A stretch of 61,937 nt of DNA, filler included, from Vannella sp. (taxonomy: Eukaryota), in NCBI GenBank assembly GCA_023345925.1. It is 7 parts of 7 records of this genome, joined end to end, with 100 filler letters (N's around TTAATTAATTAA, not from the genome) between each part and the next. Parts side by side here need not be neighbours in the genome. Positions count along the whole stretch, not along the records: positions 42,312 to 48,289 come from JAJQQN010001124.1; positions 48,390 to 53,808 come from JAJQQN010000446.1; positions 53,909 to 61,937 come from JAJQQN010000404.1; 4 more parts are not named here. One strand, 5' to 3'. The notes beneath the pieces were generated by a model. That model was not told the origin of the DNA and made no database searches. It worked only from the letters and a program-made list of their open reading frames with translations. Below, piece after piece: positions 45,701 to 56,504 of this stretch (position 1 is the stretch's first letter; each line of letters begins with the position of its first letter). The translations under genes and the position numbers were made by a program.

Positions 45701-46928
45701 CTGTGTCTTATACGAAGGAAGAGATTCCACGAGTCCCCGAAGGAGAGTCTGGAAGTTAGTGAGCGTGACGGAGGCTCCAATGCGCATTCCCTCTTCCGTG
45801 ACCTCCGTTTGGAGCAATTCAGAGATGTGCGTGGGCGAGATGATAGTGGCAAAGTAGCTGTGCTTGTACTTCCTTTCCACGCCAATCTCCGTGTTCCCAA
45901 TCACCAGCTTGGCGTCGGGATGGGCCTTCTTGAGCTGGAGCAGCTCTTCCATGCTGACTGGCCGGTACCACTCGGAGCGCTCGCTCTTGAAGAGCTTCGA
46001 GGTAATAGGGTACTTCTTCAAGGCAGGAGGGAAGATCAGATGGCTCTTGATCCTGCTGGGATCAAAGCAACGTCCAGATCCAGAAGCGCAGTCAGTAGAA
46101 GATCCCTGGCTGGGCTCTGGTACTTCAGAAGGCTCTCTCAAGCAGTCACACGGCTTTCCAGTGGAAGGGCAGATGCCAGGGCCATCCACAGGGGGCGCTT
46201 CCCCGCGTTGGACCATGTCTGCGGCAGTGTAGGACACTTGCTTCTCTGTTCGAGACTTGGCAACGGCGAACTGAGATCCTGTCGGTTAGATCGTCGACGA
46301 GGACAACTAGAGAGCGAGAATTGAGCTACTTACGGTCTTGGCGGCATCGAGAATCGGACGGTAGCCGGTGCAGCGGCATAGATTCCCGTCCATACACTCT
46401 TCAATGTCTTCCTCTGTGGCATGGGGATGGGAACGAAGGTAGGCGTACAGGGCCATGACGATCCCCGGCGTGCAGAACCCACATTGAGAGCCATGCGAGT
46501 CTGCTATTCTCTCCTGTAGGCCGGTGAGGGGAAGATCACCTGGTCAACCGACGAGGGACTTACTTGGACGATATCTAACCCATCACGAGTGTTGCCTAGG
46601 CCCTCTACAGTCGTAATTGCAAAGCCGTCGACCCCCGCTAAGGGAAACAGACAAGCATTGACAGAACGATGGCTGGAGAAGCAGAGACTTAGTACGCATA
46701 TCAGTCAAAGAAGGATAGAACGAACCGAATGGCCTTGGAGCCCTCCACCAAGTCAGAAAGCATCACCGTACAAGCACCACAGCCGCCCTCTCCACACCCT
46801 TGCTTCGAGCCCGTCAGACCCGCATTCCTCAAGTAAGAAAGCAAAGTCGTCTCTGGATCCACGTTGAGCAGCTCCACTCGCCTCCCGTTGAGGTAAAACA
46901 ACAACATCCCATCTCGCTGCGCCTCCAT
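42749..46928 (-). CDS. XDH: Xanthine dehydrogenase/oxidase (multi-exon 5' end)
   Basis: 2Fe-2S motifs [10 protein letters not shown] and [23 protein letters not shown] domain GNTEIG and FAGNQIRN. Moco domain [10 protein letters not shown] (Glu), [10 protein letters not shown] (Arg), SPTAAS and SSKGVGEPP (catalytic Glu). Confidence 0.97.
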
Positions 46929-47189
46929 CTCGCCAGAAAGCGCTTCAGAAGGCCACAGGGGAACAAGAAATGACCCTCATAGGAAGAGTTTAACACCCAA
47001 CCAAGCCCAAGACCAAGGAACAAAGAAGGAATGTCGAAGGAGGCCGGAAACCCGCCCATCGAGGTGAGGGCGCCCCTTTACTGGCCTTCTGCTCGCCTTC
47101 TACTGGCAAGGAGAGGTTGGCCATACTGAGAGTAAAAAGGATGTATTGAAAGGGACAGGAGGCCAGCGAGGGCGGGGAAGAGGGCCGAG

Positions 47190-47459
47190 TTAGGCATCTT
47201 CGGAGTGAGTGCGAACGAGGACGGGATGGAAAGCTTTGCGGACGGGCACTCCGCCCACAGAACGGGTTCTCCGACGCGCATGTTCCAGTTTCTTTTGTCT
47301 TTGTACTTCGAGAAGTTCTTCACGAGAGAGCGGATGCTTGCGAAAGTACTCCGCAAAGAAGCGTTCCACTTTCTTGGTGGGCTCACAAACTCCCTTTCTG
47401 GGGAATGTGGGCTCTTCTGTGGAAGCGTGGCTGGATGTATTGGACGCCATGTAGGGCAA
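47190..47459 (-). CDS. Small basic hypothetical protein
   Basis: 89-aa ORF (MASNTSS..) with helical, charged composition. No family recognised. Confidence 0.3.
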   Translation of the reverse strand: MPYMASNTSSHASTEEPTFPRKGVCEPTKKVERFFAEYFRKHPLSREELLEVQRQKKLEHARRRTRSVGGVPVRKAFHPVLVRTHSEDA

Positions 47460-47838
47460 TGAACGAATGAACGAATGAAGGAATGAGAGAATCCCATCGT
47501 AAATGGAGGGGCCCGTATTCTTCAGTCATTCAAAGAACAGCTCGCGGGAGTCTACCAAAGTCACAGTAATGGTGTGGAATGCGACCTCTCTCTGCCGGAT
47601 GATCCTGGGGATGATTCGAAAGGAGTGATGAGCTCAATGGTTACTGTTCCGTTTTAGTTCAAGGAACTGCCGTTAGTCACTTTCTTGTGCTTGTTGTGGA
47701 TGGAACGAGAGTACAAAGCTGGGTGGGCCTGATTGGGACATTCCGGAGGAGCTCACGTGCACCTCGACAATTGGATACAACAGTTTCCCTTCATTCCTTC
47801 AGATGGTGGGAGTTGTCAAAGTGAAGCTCCAGCACTGT

Positions 47839-47890
47839 TGCCACGTGTCCACTGCCACTTGTCCCTGCCACGTGTCCGCTGCCACGTGTC
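47839..47890. promoter_or_regulatory. Tandem array of four TGCCAC(G/T)TGTC units (three perfect CACGTG G-box/E-box cores)
   Basis: Direct repeats with 13-14 nt period in non-coding DNA. An extra CACGTG lies at ~47754. Confidence 0.5.
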
Positions 47891-48289
47891 TTAGACAACT
47901 TAAGGCTGGTGTTCTCACTCTCAATACACTTTGTTCTTGTTCTTTGTTTATTAGGAGTCGGGAACTTCGATTGGTTGGAGCTCCCATTCTCCACATAGCT
48001 TGATCTTTGCATTCCCTTTCCCTCTCGCCAGACCACGGCCAAAAGCCTCCTTTGGATCACGCGTTTTCTCAGGTGAATCTGGAAGAACTCCAGTTCAATG
48101 GGCAATAGCAATGACCCTCGTACCGAGAATATGGAAAGAAAACTTTAGGTTAGAGGACCAGAGGCAGGGTGAGAAAGAGTGACTGGTGACGAGTTGGCCT
48201 TCAGAGGCAGGAGAGATAAGAGAAAGAGCTTGAGAACCAGCTAAGCTAGATTTGAGACAATTTACCGCTAATTTGGCGGTTCAATTGAA

Positions 48290-48389
48290 NNNNNNNNNNN
48301 NNNNNNNNNNNNNNNNNNNNNNNNNNNNNNNNNTTAATTAATTAANNNNNNNNNNNNNNNNNNNNNNNNNNNNNNNNNNNNNNNNNNNN
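48290..48389. other. Artificial contig-joining spacer
   Basis: N44-TTAATTAATTAA-N44. Confidence 0.99.
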
Positions 48390-48627
48390 GATCGAAAAGT
48401 ACCAACAAGGCGCGTACTGCTTGACACCCGTCCCCATCCTCCAGCAGTACCTCACGCAGCTTCCCATTCTGCCTGAGAAGGATTTCTACGATCACTCGCA
48501 CCGCTGCGAGAACAAACAAGGCACCCAGCACCCTGTTCCTGCCCCGGTGGAGAACAAACCAGTCGGCCCTCTCACTCCCAAGACCCGCAAGAGCTTTGGC
48601 CGCCTAACCTTCAGCCGCCCCAAGTAA
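48390..48627 (+). CDS. 3' end of an unidentified gene
   Basis: Open frame from the contig start to TAA at 48627 with C-rich codon usage like highly expressed genes. The ..LPEKDFYDHSHRCE stretch resembles a RasGEF C-terminus, but this is weak. Confidence 0.45.
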
Positions 48628-48823
48628 TCCTTTCCACCCACTCTGCAGGAGCCACCGACCCTGAAACCTTTGGGGAGGCATGGGCTCCCCAAGTGACTTG
48701 CATTCCTTTTCTCTTTCCCTTTCTTTCTAATACAAGCTTGGAGGGTGCTTGGATAGCTCTCTGTCTTCTTCATGTGATAGACTGATTCATTGAACTAAGT
48801 AATACACGCCGCGCTGGCAGGGA

Positions 48824-49798
48824 TTAGACCAAAAGCACCCCGTTGATGCAACCGTCATTCTCGGGGTTGTTGGTGACTTGCGCGTACTTGCCCCACACCA
48901 CTTTACCAGTGCTTGTGACCATGCCCAAGTCACTGACGTTGACCTCAATGATGGTACCTTTGGTGATCACGCCCAGTTGCGAGTACAACGGTGATTGCGG
49001 GTTCTTCTTCACTCCCAGGATGTCCAAATGGAAGGTAGCTTGCAGCTCAGGGCTAAGGACGCAGTTAGTGTTCGCAAAGAGGTCAAGGAAAGAAGAGGAG
49101 AGCTTCCTACTGCGTGATGTGAGCCTTCTTGAAGCGCAATCCGGTGGGGCGGATGAAGCGCTCGAACTTGGGAGGCTTTCGAGTAAAGTCCTCGGGAACG
49201 AAAGTGACCTTCGTGATCATGCGCTTCCACTGTTTCCGCTTGCGTTTGCCCGTTCGGATGACCTTGAAGATCTCATCCTCGCTGATGGGCCGCACCTTGG
49301 GCAAGGGAACGTTCCACTTGCCTGCCTTCTCTTTGCGCTTTTGTTTGATCATTTGACTGAGGACCTTGGCTCGAGTAGCGTTCTGTCGATCGAGCAAGAA
49401 AGCAGGCTGTGCTCCTTCTCGTACAGGCGCTTCGTTACCACGTTTACTCAAGGACTCTTCGTGTTGTTTGATGCTAGCAGATCGATCAGATGAGGAACCC
49501 CTGGACCAGTGAAGAGGGCGGTGATCACGTACGTCTTCTTCAATTGAGCCTTCTCTGAGTAGCGCTTCTTGTTGTAGATCTTCGCCTTCAATCCTCTAAG
49601 CTTTCGTGCCTTACGAGCGTTGGTGTGTAGCAGACGAGCTTCCTTCTTCCGCTTCCGTTCAAAGTAGTCCATTCGGTACCCAAACCGCTTCTGAAAGAGC
49701 TCAATGTGCTCATTCTGAGGCTATAGTGTCGCCCTACGATGTTAGTTCACCTCTTCTCTCACCTCAAAGGGACAGAGAGAGGTCATTCCACGTACCAT
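48824..49798 (-). CDS. NSA2: Ribosome biogenesis protein NSA2
   Basis: [78 protein letters not shown] and [20 protein letters not shown]. The first coding exon is the ATG alone (49796-49798). Confidence 0.97.
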
Positions 49799-50452
49799 AC
49801 CGACGGGAGGGACAACAAAAGATGCCAATTAAATCCAATCAATTCCGCCCACTTTTAATGGCAAAAATAGTTAAAATACCTGACAAATCATCGTTTGATT
49901 GAGCCATTTATCTTCGTCCTCATCAAAACTTGTTTCGTGCTTGTGAGTGAGTGCAGCTTCTTCGCAGGCCCCGTGACTGTCAGGAGCTTGGTCTTGAGTA
50001 TTCATGGGATGCAGTGTGACAGGGTTGTGGGAGATTGAGTGGTGGATGGGGGATGTTGGGGCGAGGTGATGCCAAACCCAGTGCAGAGCAGTTTGACATG
50101 TCTATCGGCCCAATGTCTCTAACGTGGCTATAGCACTTCCTGTTCCTGGCTTCGCAGCTCACAGCAAGAAACTCATTAAACACCCGTATTTTTACAAGAT
50201 TACTCCCAACCCACAGGCCCCACCAACTAACCTTCACTCCTCCTGTATCTCATTATGGGCGTAGCGCCTTCTTTGCCTCCTCTGAGAGATTCCTCCCAAG
50301 GATCAACACATCCTGCCACCGGGATGGGGAGATAGACCTTCCCTTGAAGCACTAAGAACTCCTTTTCTTCCACCAGCGGGGGAGCTCTTTGAACCTCTCC
50401 TGTCTCACAGTGGGAGAGAGGCTGGTGAAGGACAAACACGTGCAAAGCAGCT

Positions 50453-51853
50453 TTATTCACTGTCCGTCTCCGTTTCACAGCCTGAGCTCGAGTCTGTCTC
50501 TGTGGAATCGTCTGACTCGCTCTCCGTGGCAGCGTCTGGAAGGAACGCTTCAACGCCTTCGATCAGCATCTGCGTCAATGAGTTGACAAGGGAGATGTGA
50601 CGGAAGGACTCTCGCGGGTCGATAATGGAACGGTCCCAGAGGAGGTTTGGGCCGATCACTCTCGAAAGGTTCTCAGAGCCCATCTTATTCAGCTCTTCCT
50701 GGCTGGTGAGGAGGCTAGCGAGCTTGAAAAGGTCTGTGGCTAGCTTCTGGTTGGCTGTGGGGAGCTGGGAGAAGATAAGGCGAGCTTGACTGAGCAGGGA
50801 AGAGAGGGAACCCCCAGATTCTGTCTTGATCCTCTCTGCGAGGGTGATCCATTGGAGGTAGAGGTTCTCTTCACCAAGGAGAGGAGTGGGAAGGTCTTGT
50901 AGATACTTCTTGACGAGGCCAGCGCACACATGAGGGTCGGGGAGATCGTTTCGGGAGTGAATGTCGTTGAAGAAGCTCTGGCCCATGTCCACGCTCATGT
51001 CAATTTGCGTCTGGAAGCTTTGTAAGTCTGTCAGCCGAGGTGAGAGCCGGAACAGCCCTTCTACGCGAAGGAAGGAGGTGGAGAGGAGTCCAATACAACG
51101 ATGGAGGAAGTGAGGGACCTCACAGTCCTCAAGACCATCAATATGAGACTGCTCTTTCATCAGGATCGCCAAAGGCGTGCCGAAATAGGAGCGGGAAAGG
51201 GGTTCCTTCTCTTCTTCTGCAAACGACGGCATCGCGTGAGAGAGGCGGCGCTTCTGCTTGTTACAGATCTTCTTTCCATGTGTGATTGAGAGGGATAGTC
51301 GCGATGCTGTCTTTGTACGCTTTGGGATCACTTCGGCTTCGCCCGCCATCTGCTCTTTGAGTCCCGTTCCGCTTGCTTGGCGTACCAAAGCCACAACAGA
51401 AGATCCAAAGGAGGTCGTCCTTCGTAGCTTCCTTGCATCTTGAGGCGCTTTCTCCTTCTCTTTCTGGTTCTCTGGAATGATCTCTTCCATGCTTACCCGC
51501 ATAGAGCTCGGTAAGTTGCCTTCTGGTGCTGAGAGGGAGTCTTCTTGAGTTGTCTGGAAGATAGAGAGTATTTCTGCATGTCCAATGGACTTGGATGAGA
51601 GCCGGCGGATCAGTGCAGGCTTCGAGGAGAGCGTTTTAGGCCGCGTCCTCCCGCGAGGAGGAGTGGCGGGGGCTAATTGGGTGGCAACGCTGGCCTTGGA
51701 CTTGCGGCGAAGCTTATCCATGACCTTGGATGACATCCTCCTGGAGAGAATGGGAGGATTAGCGCGGTTCTCCTTCTCATCCGCCTCTTCAAAGGACTTG
51801 ATGGTTTGCTCGATCATTGAATCTTCATTTGGAAAGGAGGAACAGCCAAGCAT
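50453..51853 (-). CDS. RhoGAP with long basic disordered N-terminus
   Basis: YFGTPL, VPHFL..C, VEGLFRLS, DPHVCAGLVKKYLQDLPTPLL and NKMGSENLSRVIGPNLL. Confidence 0.9.
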   Translation of the reverse strand: MLGCSSFPNEDSMIEQTIKSFEEADEKENRANPPILSRRMSSKVMDKLRRKSKASVATQLAPATPPRGRTRPKTLSSKPALIRRLSSKSIGHAEILSIFQTTQEDSLSAPEGNLPSSMRVSMEEIIPENQKEKEKAPQDARKLRRTTSFGSSVVALVRQASGTGLKEQMAGEAEVIPKRTKTASRLSLSITHGKKICNKQKRRLSHAMPSFAEEEKEPLSRSYFGTPLAILMKEQSHIDGLEDCEVPHFLHRCIGLLSTSFLRVEGLFRLSPRLTDLQSFQTQIDMSVDMGQSFFNDIHSRNDLPDPHVCAGLVKKYLQDLPTPLLGEENLYLQWITLAERIKTESGGSLSSLLSQARLIFSQLPTANQKLATDLFKLASLLTSQEELNKMGSENLSRVIGPNLLWDRSIIDPRESFRHISLVNSLTQMLIEGVEAFLPDAATESESDDSTETDSSSGCETETDSE

Positions 51854-52176
51854 GTTGCGCCTCTTCAGTGGGGGCGTCCCAGGGAGCTAGCACACAGTTA
51901 CAATCAAGAGAGAGAGGCAACACAGACAAACAACCCACCTCCTCTGCATCCCGCCGCCTCTTCGTCAACGGAGAGCGAGTTCCCCCATCAGCAACGCTAA
52001 CCCCTTCACACCACATCCCTCTGCGCCTCCAGGAAAGTGCCCTCCGCAAGGTAACTGCCCAAGCCGTTGCGACGTTCCCGCCTGAACATCCAAAGAATGA
52101 TAGAAAATGGAAATCGGTGATTCCTTTGTCTATGACGAATTATGAGCCATTCATTTGAATTCAGTCTTTTGGTTGG

Positions 52177-53015
52177 ATGCTGGAGATGACGTGGACGGCT
52201 GAGTTTGGTTTGGCCCTGGTAGCGGTGTTGTTGCACGTTGTGAATTACAATGCGACGGCGCAGGTTGAACATCATACTCGCTGCTTCACTAAGGTGAGGT
52301 GAGGGAGCGAGTGGGGGCGAGATCGGCTGTTGGTTTGGCTGCTCATGGTGCAAACAGCTTCTTGGGAAGAACGCGGTCTACTTCTACGCCATCTACTTGG
52401 TCCTTAGTGCTCTTGTTCGAGACTTCTTCGTTCACAGAGCGCTTGAGGCTGATGCCAGCTCGGTGAGGGCACCAAAGTGGCATCTTGTGGCTGATACTCA
52501 TCCCGATCAAGCTTGTGCTACTGCCGGGGACTGTAGTTGCCTATGCATCCTCTATCTTGTTTGTAGCTGGTATTCTGTTGAACTTGTGGACTCTCCAGGC
52601 CCTGGGAATCAAGGGAATGTACAATGGAGACAGTTTTGGACATCTCATGAGTGCTCCCGTGGGTCCTCCTTCGTCCTGAGCATTCATTAGGTTTGCTCAC
52701 TACGTAGAAGGTCACCTCTGGTCCCTACAAGCTGTTCCAAGATCCCCAGTACGTCGGTACAACCTGGTGCATGCTCAGCTCTGCACTCAGCTTCCAATCC
52801 CTCCACGGATACAGTAGGCCCCCTCCTCCCTTCACTCCCAAACTGATCTCCTCCCTTAGTTCTTACAGTGTGGCTATACCTGATCTTCAACGTTTCCGTC
52901 ACCTTTGTCGAAGTGAGAACAGAATGCAACTTTCCACACTCTTCTCACTCACTCTCCTCAGGGACCTCACATGCGGCGCATCTATGGTGACAGCAAGCCA
53001 AAGAAAAAGCAATAA
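52177..53015 (+). CDS. PEMT: Phosphatidyl-N-methylethanolamine/PE N-methyltransferase (PEMT/Opi3), multi-exon
   Basis: YNATAQVEHHTRCFTK, YFYA..SALVRD, ALGIKGMYNGDSFG.L, VTSGPY..FQDPQYVG and E|GPHMRRIY, with a dilysine-like tail KPKKKQ*. Confidence 0.88.
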
Positions 53016-53808
53016 ACGCTCCCAACGCTCCCAACGCCCGTCACACCAATGAACGGACTTGTGGTCTTCTTCCTTTGGTCTCGCCTGAGAAAACAAAGCT
53101 ACCCTGAGAGATGGAAGTTCTATCTACCTGTGAAACTGACCATAGCAACGTGACTGCTCAAGTAGAGGTGACTGATCACAAAGGCATCAATGCGCGAAAC
53201 CAGCAACAGGGAACATTTCAGAAACTGAAACTGCTTCCAGTTGTCTTCATCCATTGGTTTTGACTCTTTGTTCCCGAGGAGGATTGTGTGCGAGATGCTG
53301 TGGGAATGGGAGTGAGCTCTGAAGTCTTCGTTACGTTGAGAGAGAGCCAAGGTCTCATTTCCACCTCACGAGTCGAGTTGCTGCGGAAGAGTTTGGCGTC
53401 TCCCGATATTCAGTTTAACGTGGTAGAGCTGTAAGGGCAGTAAAAGACCAGCCAGGGTGTAGGAAAGAGGGACTCCTATCGACGAATGCCAAATCCATCT
53501 CTCAAGTGTCTGTGATGTTGGATGAGGAAAGAGCCGCCTTCCACTTCAGAGTTGATTGAAAGGGTAAGGATATCACTGAGTAACGCATTGGTATTCAATT
53601 AAACTGAAGGGGCCGAGACTAAGTAATGGATCCAGCTTCATGCGGTCTGCGTGCGGGCATTGCCCCGGATCCGAACACCAATCACCTCTTTTTCGTACCC
53701 AAAAGGAAACAATCAGAGGCTCTCTTTGAGCGCCTCCACCAATCAATCACAACGTCGAGTTTCGTCAATAAAAGCGATAACCATCCCTGTTTCCTTCTTA
53801 GCTTGCCA

Positions 53809-53908
53809 NNNNNNNNNNNNNNNNNNNNNNNNNNNNNNNNNNNNNNNNNNNNTTAATTAATTAANNNNNNNNNNNNNNNNNNNNNNNNNNNNNNNNNNNN
53901 NNNNNNNN
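53809..53908. other. Artificial contig-joining spacer
   Basis: N44-TTAATTAATTAA-N44. Confidence 0.99.
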
Positions 53909-53958
53909 AGTCCCACTCCAAATGCGTCATAATTACGTCATTGTTGGAAGTCGGAGTG

Positions 53959-56452
53959 ATGGACACACCGGAGGCGAAGCAGCTCGTCAAGACTATCAAG
54001 AAGATGGACAAGAACATCTTCAACATCGAGTATTCGATGCTGAAGGACCTGGTGCCACTCTCCTCGGGGAACTTTGGCGCTGTCTTTTGTGGGTACTACA
54101 AGCGCCGACGGGTGGCAGTGAAGAAGCTCCTCGACGTTGACAATGAGAATATGCACAAGTACCTCCAACGGGAGATTGAGACGCTGCGAGGACTGCACCA
54201 CGCCAATATTGTCGAGTTTTTGGGCGTGTGCGAACACCACTCAGGCCTTTACATCGTTACAGAGTTCATAGAAGGAGGGGATCTACGCAACATCCTCAAG
54301 GATACTTCTATCGTGCTCCCTTGGGAGACTCGGATCCTTCTTGCCACTCACATCTGCTCCGCCATCGCCTTCCTTCACGCCAACAACATTGTCCATCGTG
54401 ACATCAAGTCTCACAACATCCTGGTGAGTCGTTCCCTTTGCGGTAGCTCCCCTTCCTCACACTAGAAGGTCACGGACTCAGGAGTGGCAAAGTTGTGCGA
54501 TTTTGGCTTCTCTCGCAAGCTACCAAGCAAGAGGAACTGGAAGCATCTGTCTCTTTGTGGTACGGACCAGTGGATGGCACCTGAGATCCTCATGGATGAT
54601 CCCTACAACGAGAAAGCTGACGTTTTCAGCTTTGCGATGGTTCTGACTGAGGTGCGTCGTCCTCCCTCAGGGGCAGCCAGATTTGACTTATTGGTGCCTT
54701 CCAGTTAGTGCTCAGAGAGAAGCCAGCCGAGAGACAGGCCAACAACATGTACGCCTTTAATGTTGATGCGTTTCGCCGCCTTTGCCCGAGGAATACTCCG
54801 CGTGGCTTCGTCAGTATCATCGTCAGATGCTCTAACCTGACTCCTAGCAAGCGTCCTTCTCTTGCTGAAGTGCTTACCAAGCTAGAAGCGATGGGACCAG
54901 AGGGAATGGACCGGGTGGACCTGCTCTGGGGCGTTTCTGAGCACAAGCCAGGGAACATCAACGTAGCCAAGAAGAGCTACAAGGCCAAGGATCCTACTGA
55001 GATCTCGGTCAAGAAGGGCGACCAGGTCATGCTCATCCAAACAGACGAGAGTGGATGGTGCGAAGGTGTGGTCGGTGGCCAACGAGGCTGGTTCCCTCTC
55101 TTCGTGATAGGGAAAGACAGCAAAAACGAGTTGAATGGGCCTAGCGATGAGGCCGTCGATGACCAGTCTCTTACTTCTATTGAGAGCCGTTCAGCAGCGA
55201 ACCAGCAACTCATTGCCCATTTGACTTCCCGCCCGGCACAAGAAACTCTAAAAGCAAGGAATATCCTGCGAAAAGACTCGCCGAGTGAATATTCGGCTGA
55301 GAAGCGGCGAAAGATGGAGACTTTGAGTGGATTCCTGCGGAACAAGATTCACAAAAGAGAGAAACATCACGATGAGGACACTTTAGACCAGATTCTTGTG
55401 GAGATGTATCTCAGTCTCCCTATTGACACTCATAAGAAAAAGCACGAAGCCTACCAACGCTGCTTTCCAGGTATCGTACTTATGGAGTGGTTGCAACAGG
55501 AGAATTACTTTCCTGACATTGCCAGTGCGCGCTCCTTTGCAACTTTTCTTATTTCTCGACGGTGTATCATTCCGCTCAGCCACTCTTCTAGTTTAGATCT
55601 TAAAGACAACCGGCTCTACCAATTAAAGGTGAGTCCCAAATCTGGATGTGTGAAACTCACTTCTTCTAGATGCACCAAGAGTCCACTGATATGCAAGTCA
55701 TCAATAATATGAAGACTTGGGCCAAGGAAGTGACCTTTGAGCCTTCTGAAATCATGGAAAAGCTGGTCCACCAAGCAGTGGAGTACGATTTAAACCCCAG
55801 TGCCAGATACATCCTGCACCTGGGAATTAGCATCTGCGAGCTACAGCAGGTCGATTTGAACCATTTTTGGGACCAAAAGCAGGGTCCGGTGGTGTTCTTC
55901 TTGAACCTTTACAACCTTCTCAGTTATTATCTTTTCTTGCGCTTTGGCAGTCCGGAAACCGATTTCATCTCTCAGGAACTGACAGCAAAGAAGGCCTTCC
56001 TTGTCGGAACCAATTCATTTACTCTGGCTTCCATTCAAAATCAAATTCTCTTCAGCCTTGACCAGCCAAGCGAGTCCCGTGGGAATCATTGCGTTGGAGC
56101 ACCGCCAATGGTGCTTTTCCTCCTCCGAGAGATGAATTGGAAAGCCCCGCTGATATTCTATGAAGACTCTAACTTCCAGCAAGTTATGATTGACACTGTG
56201 TCCGCCTACATGTCCTCCACAATTGTTTGTCACGAGAATACGGTTCGTCCTCCTGACCCTTCTTTCGCTCCTTCTCACTGTGTTTAGCTGTGTTGCCCCC
56301 AAAGCATCAAGACCTACGCGTCTTATTTCTTCGGAGGCAATCTCTATTTGGCCCTGCAGAGCCTTGATGAGGTTCTGCCTGAACAAGCGAATGATCTCGT
56401 CGAACGAGCCTTTGGGCACGATTCCAACGCATCTATCCGAATCATGCTCTAA
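53959..56452 (+). CDS. TKL (LISK-like) protein kinase - SH3 - RPEL - DEP - DUF547-like fusion (multi-exon)
   Basis: Kinase: SGNFG, VAVKKL, HRDIKSHNIL, DFG, GTDQWMAPE. SH3: SYKAKDPTEISVKKGD..GWCEG..GWFP. RPEL: LTSRPAQETLKARNIL. DEP: YQRCFPG..LMEWL. DUF547-like: LQQVDL..FFLNLYN..FTLASIQNQIL. The last-exon boundary is uncertain. Confidence 0.8.
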
Positions 56453-56504
56453 TGAATGTGATTTTGGAAGTTGTATTTGCTGGAACAAAGTAGAGTTATA
56501 GAAG

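Noticed and set aside
53500..53585. Possible C/D-box snoRNA (GATGAG..CTGA)
   Set aside because: The C box is imperfect, and I could identify no terminal stem or rRNA-complementary guide.
13205..53908. Six identical TTAATTAATTAA palindromes as a biological repeat or CRISPR-like array
   Set aside because: Each is centred in exactly 44+44 Ns and is an assembly or concatenation linker. Gene adjacency across the linkers is meaningless.
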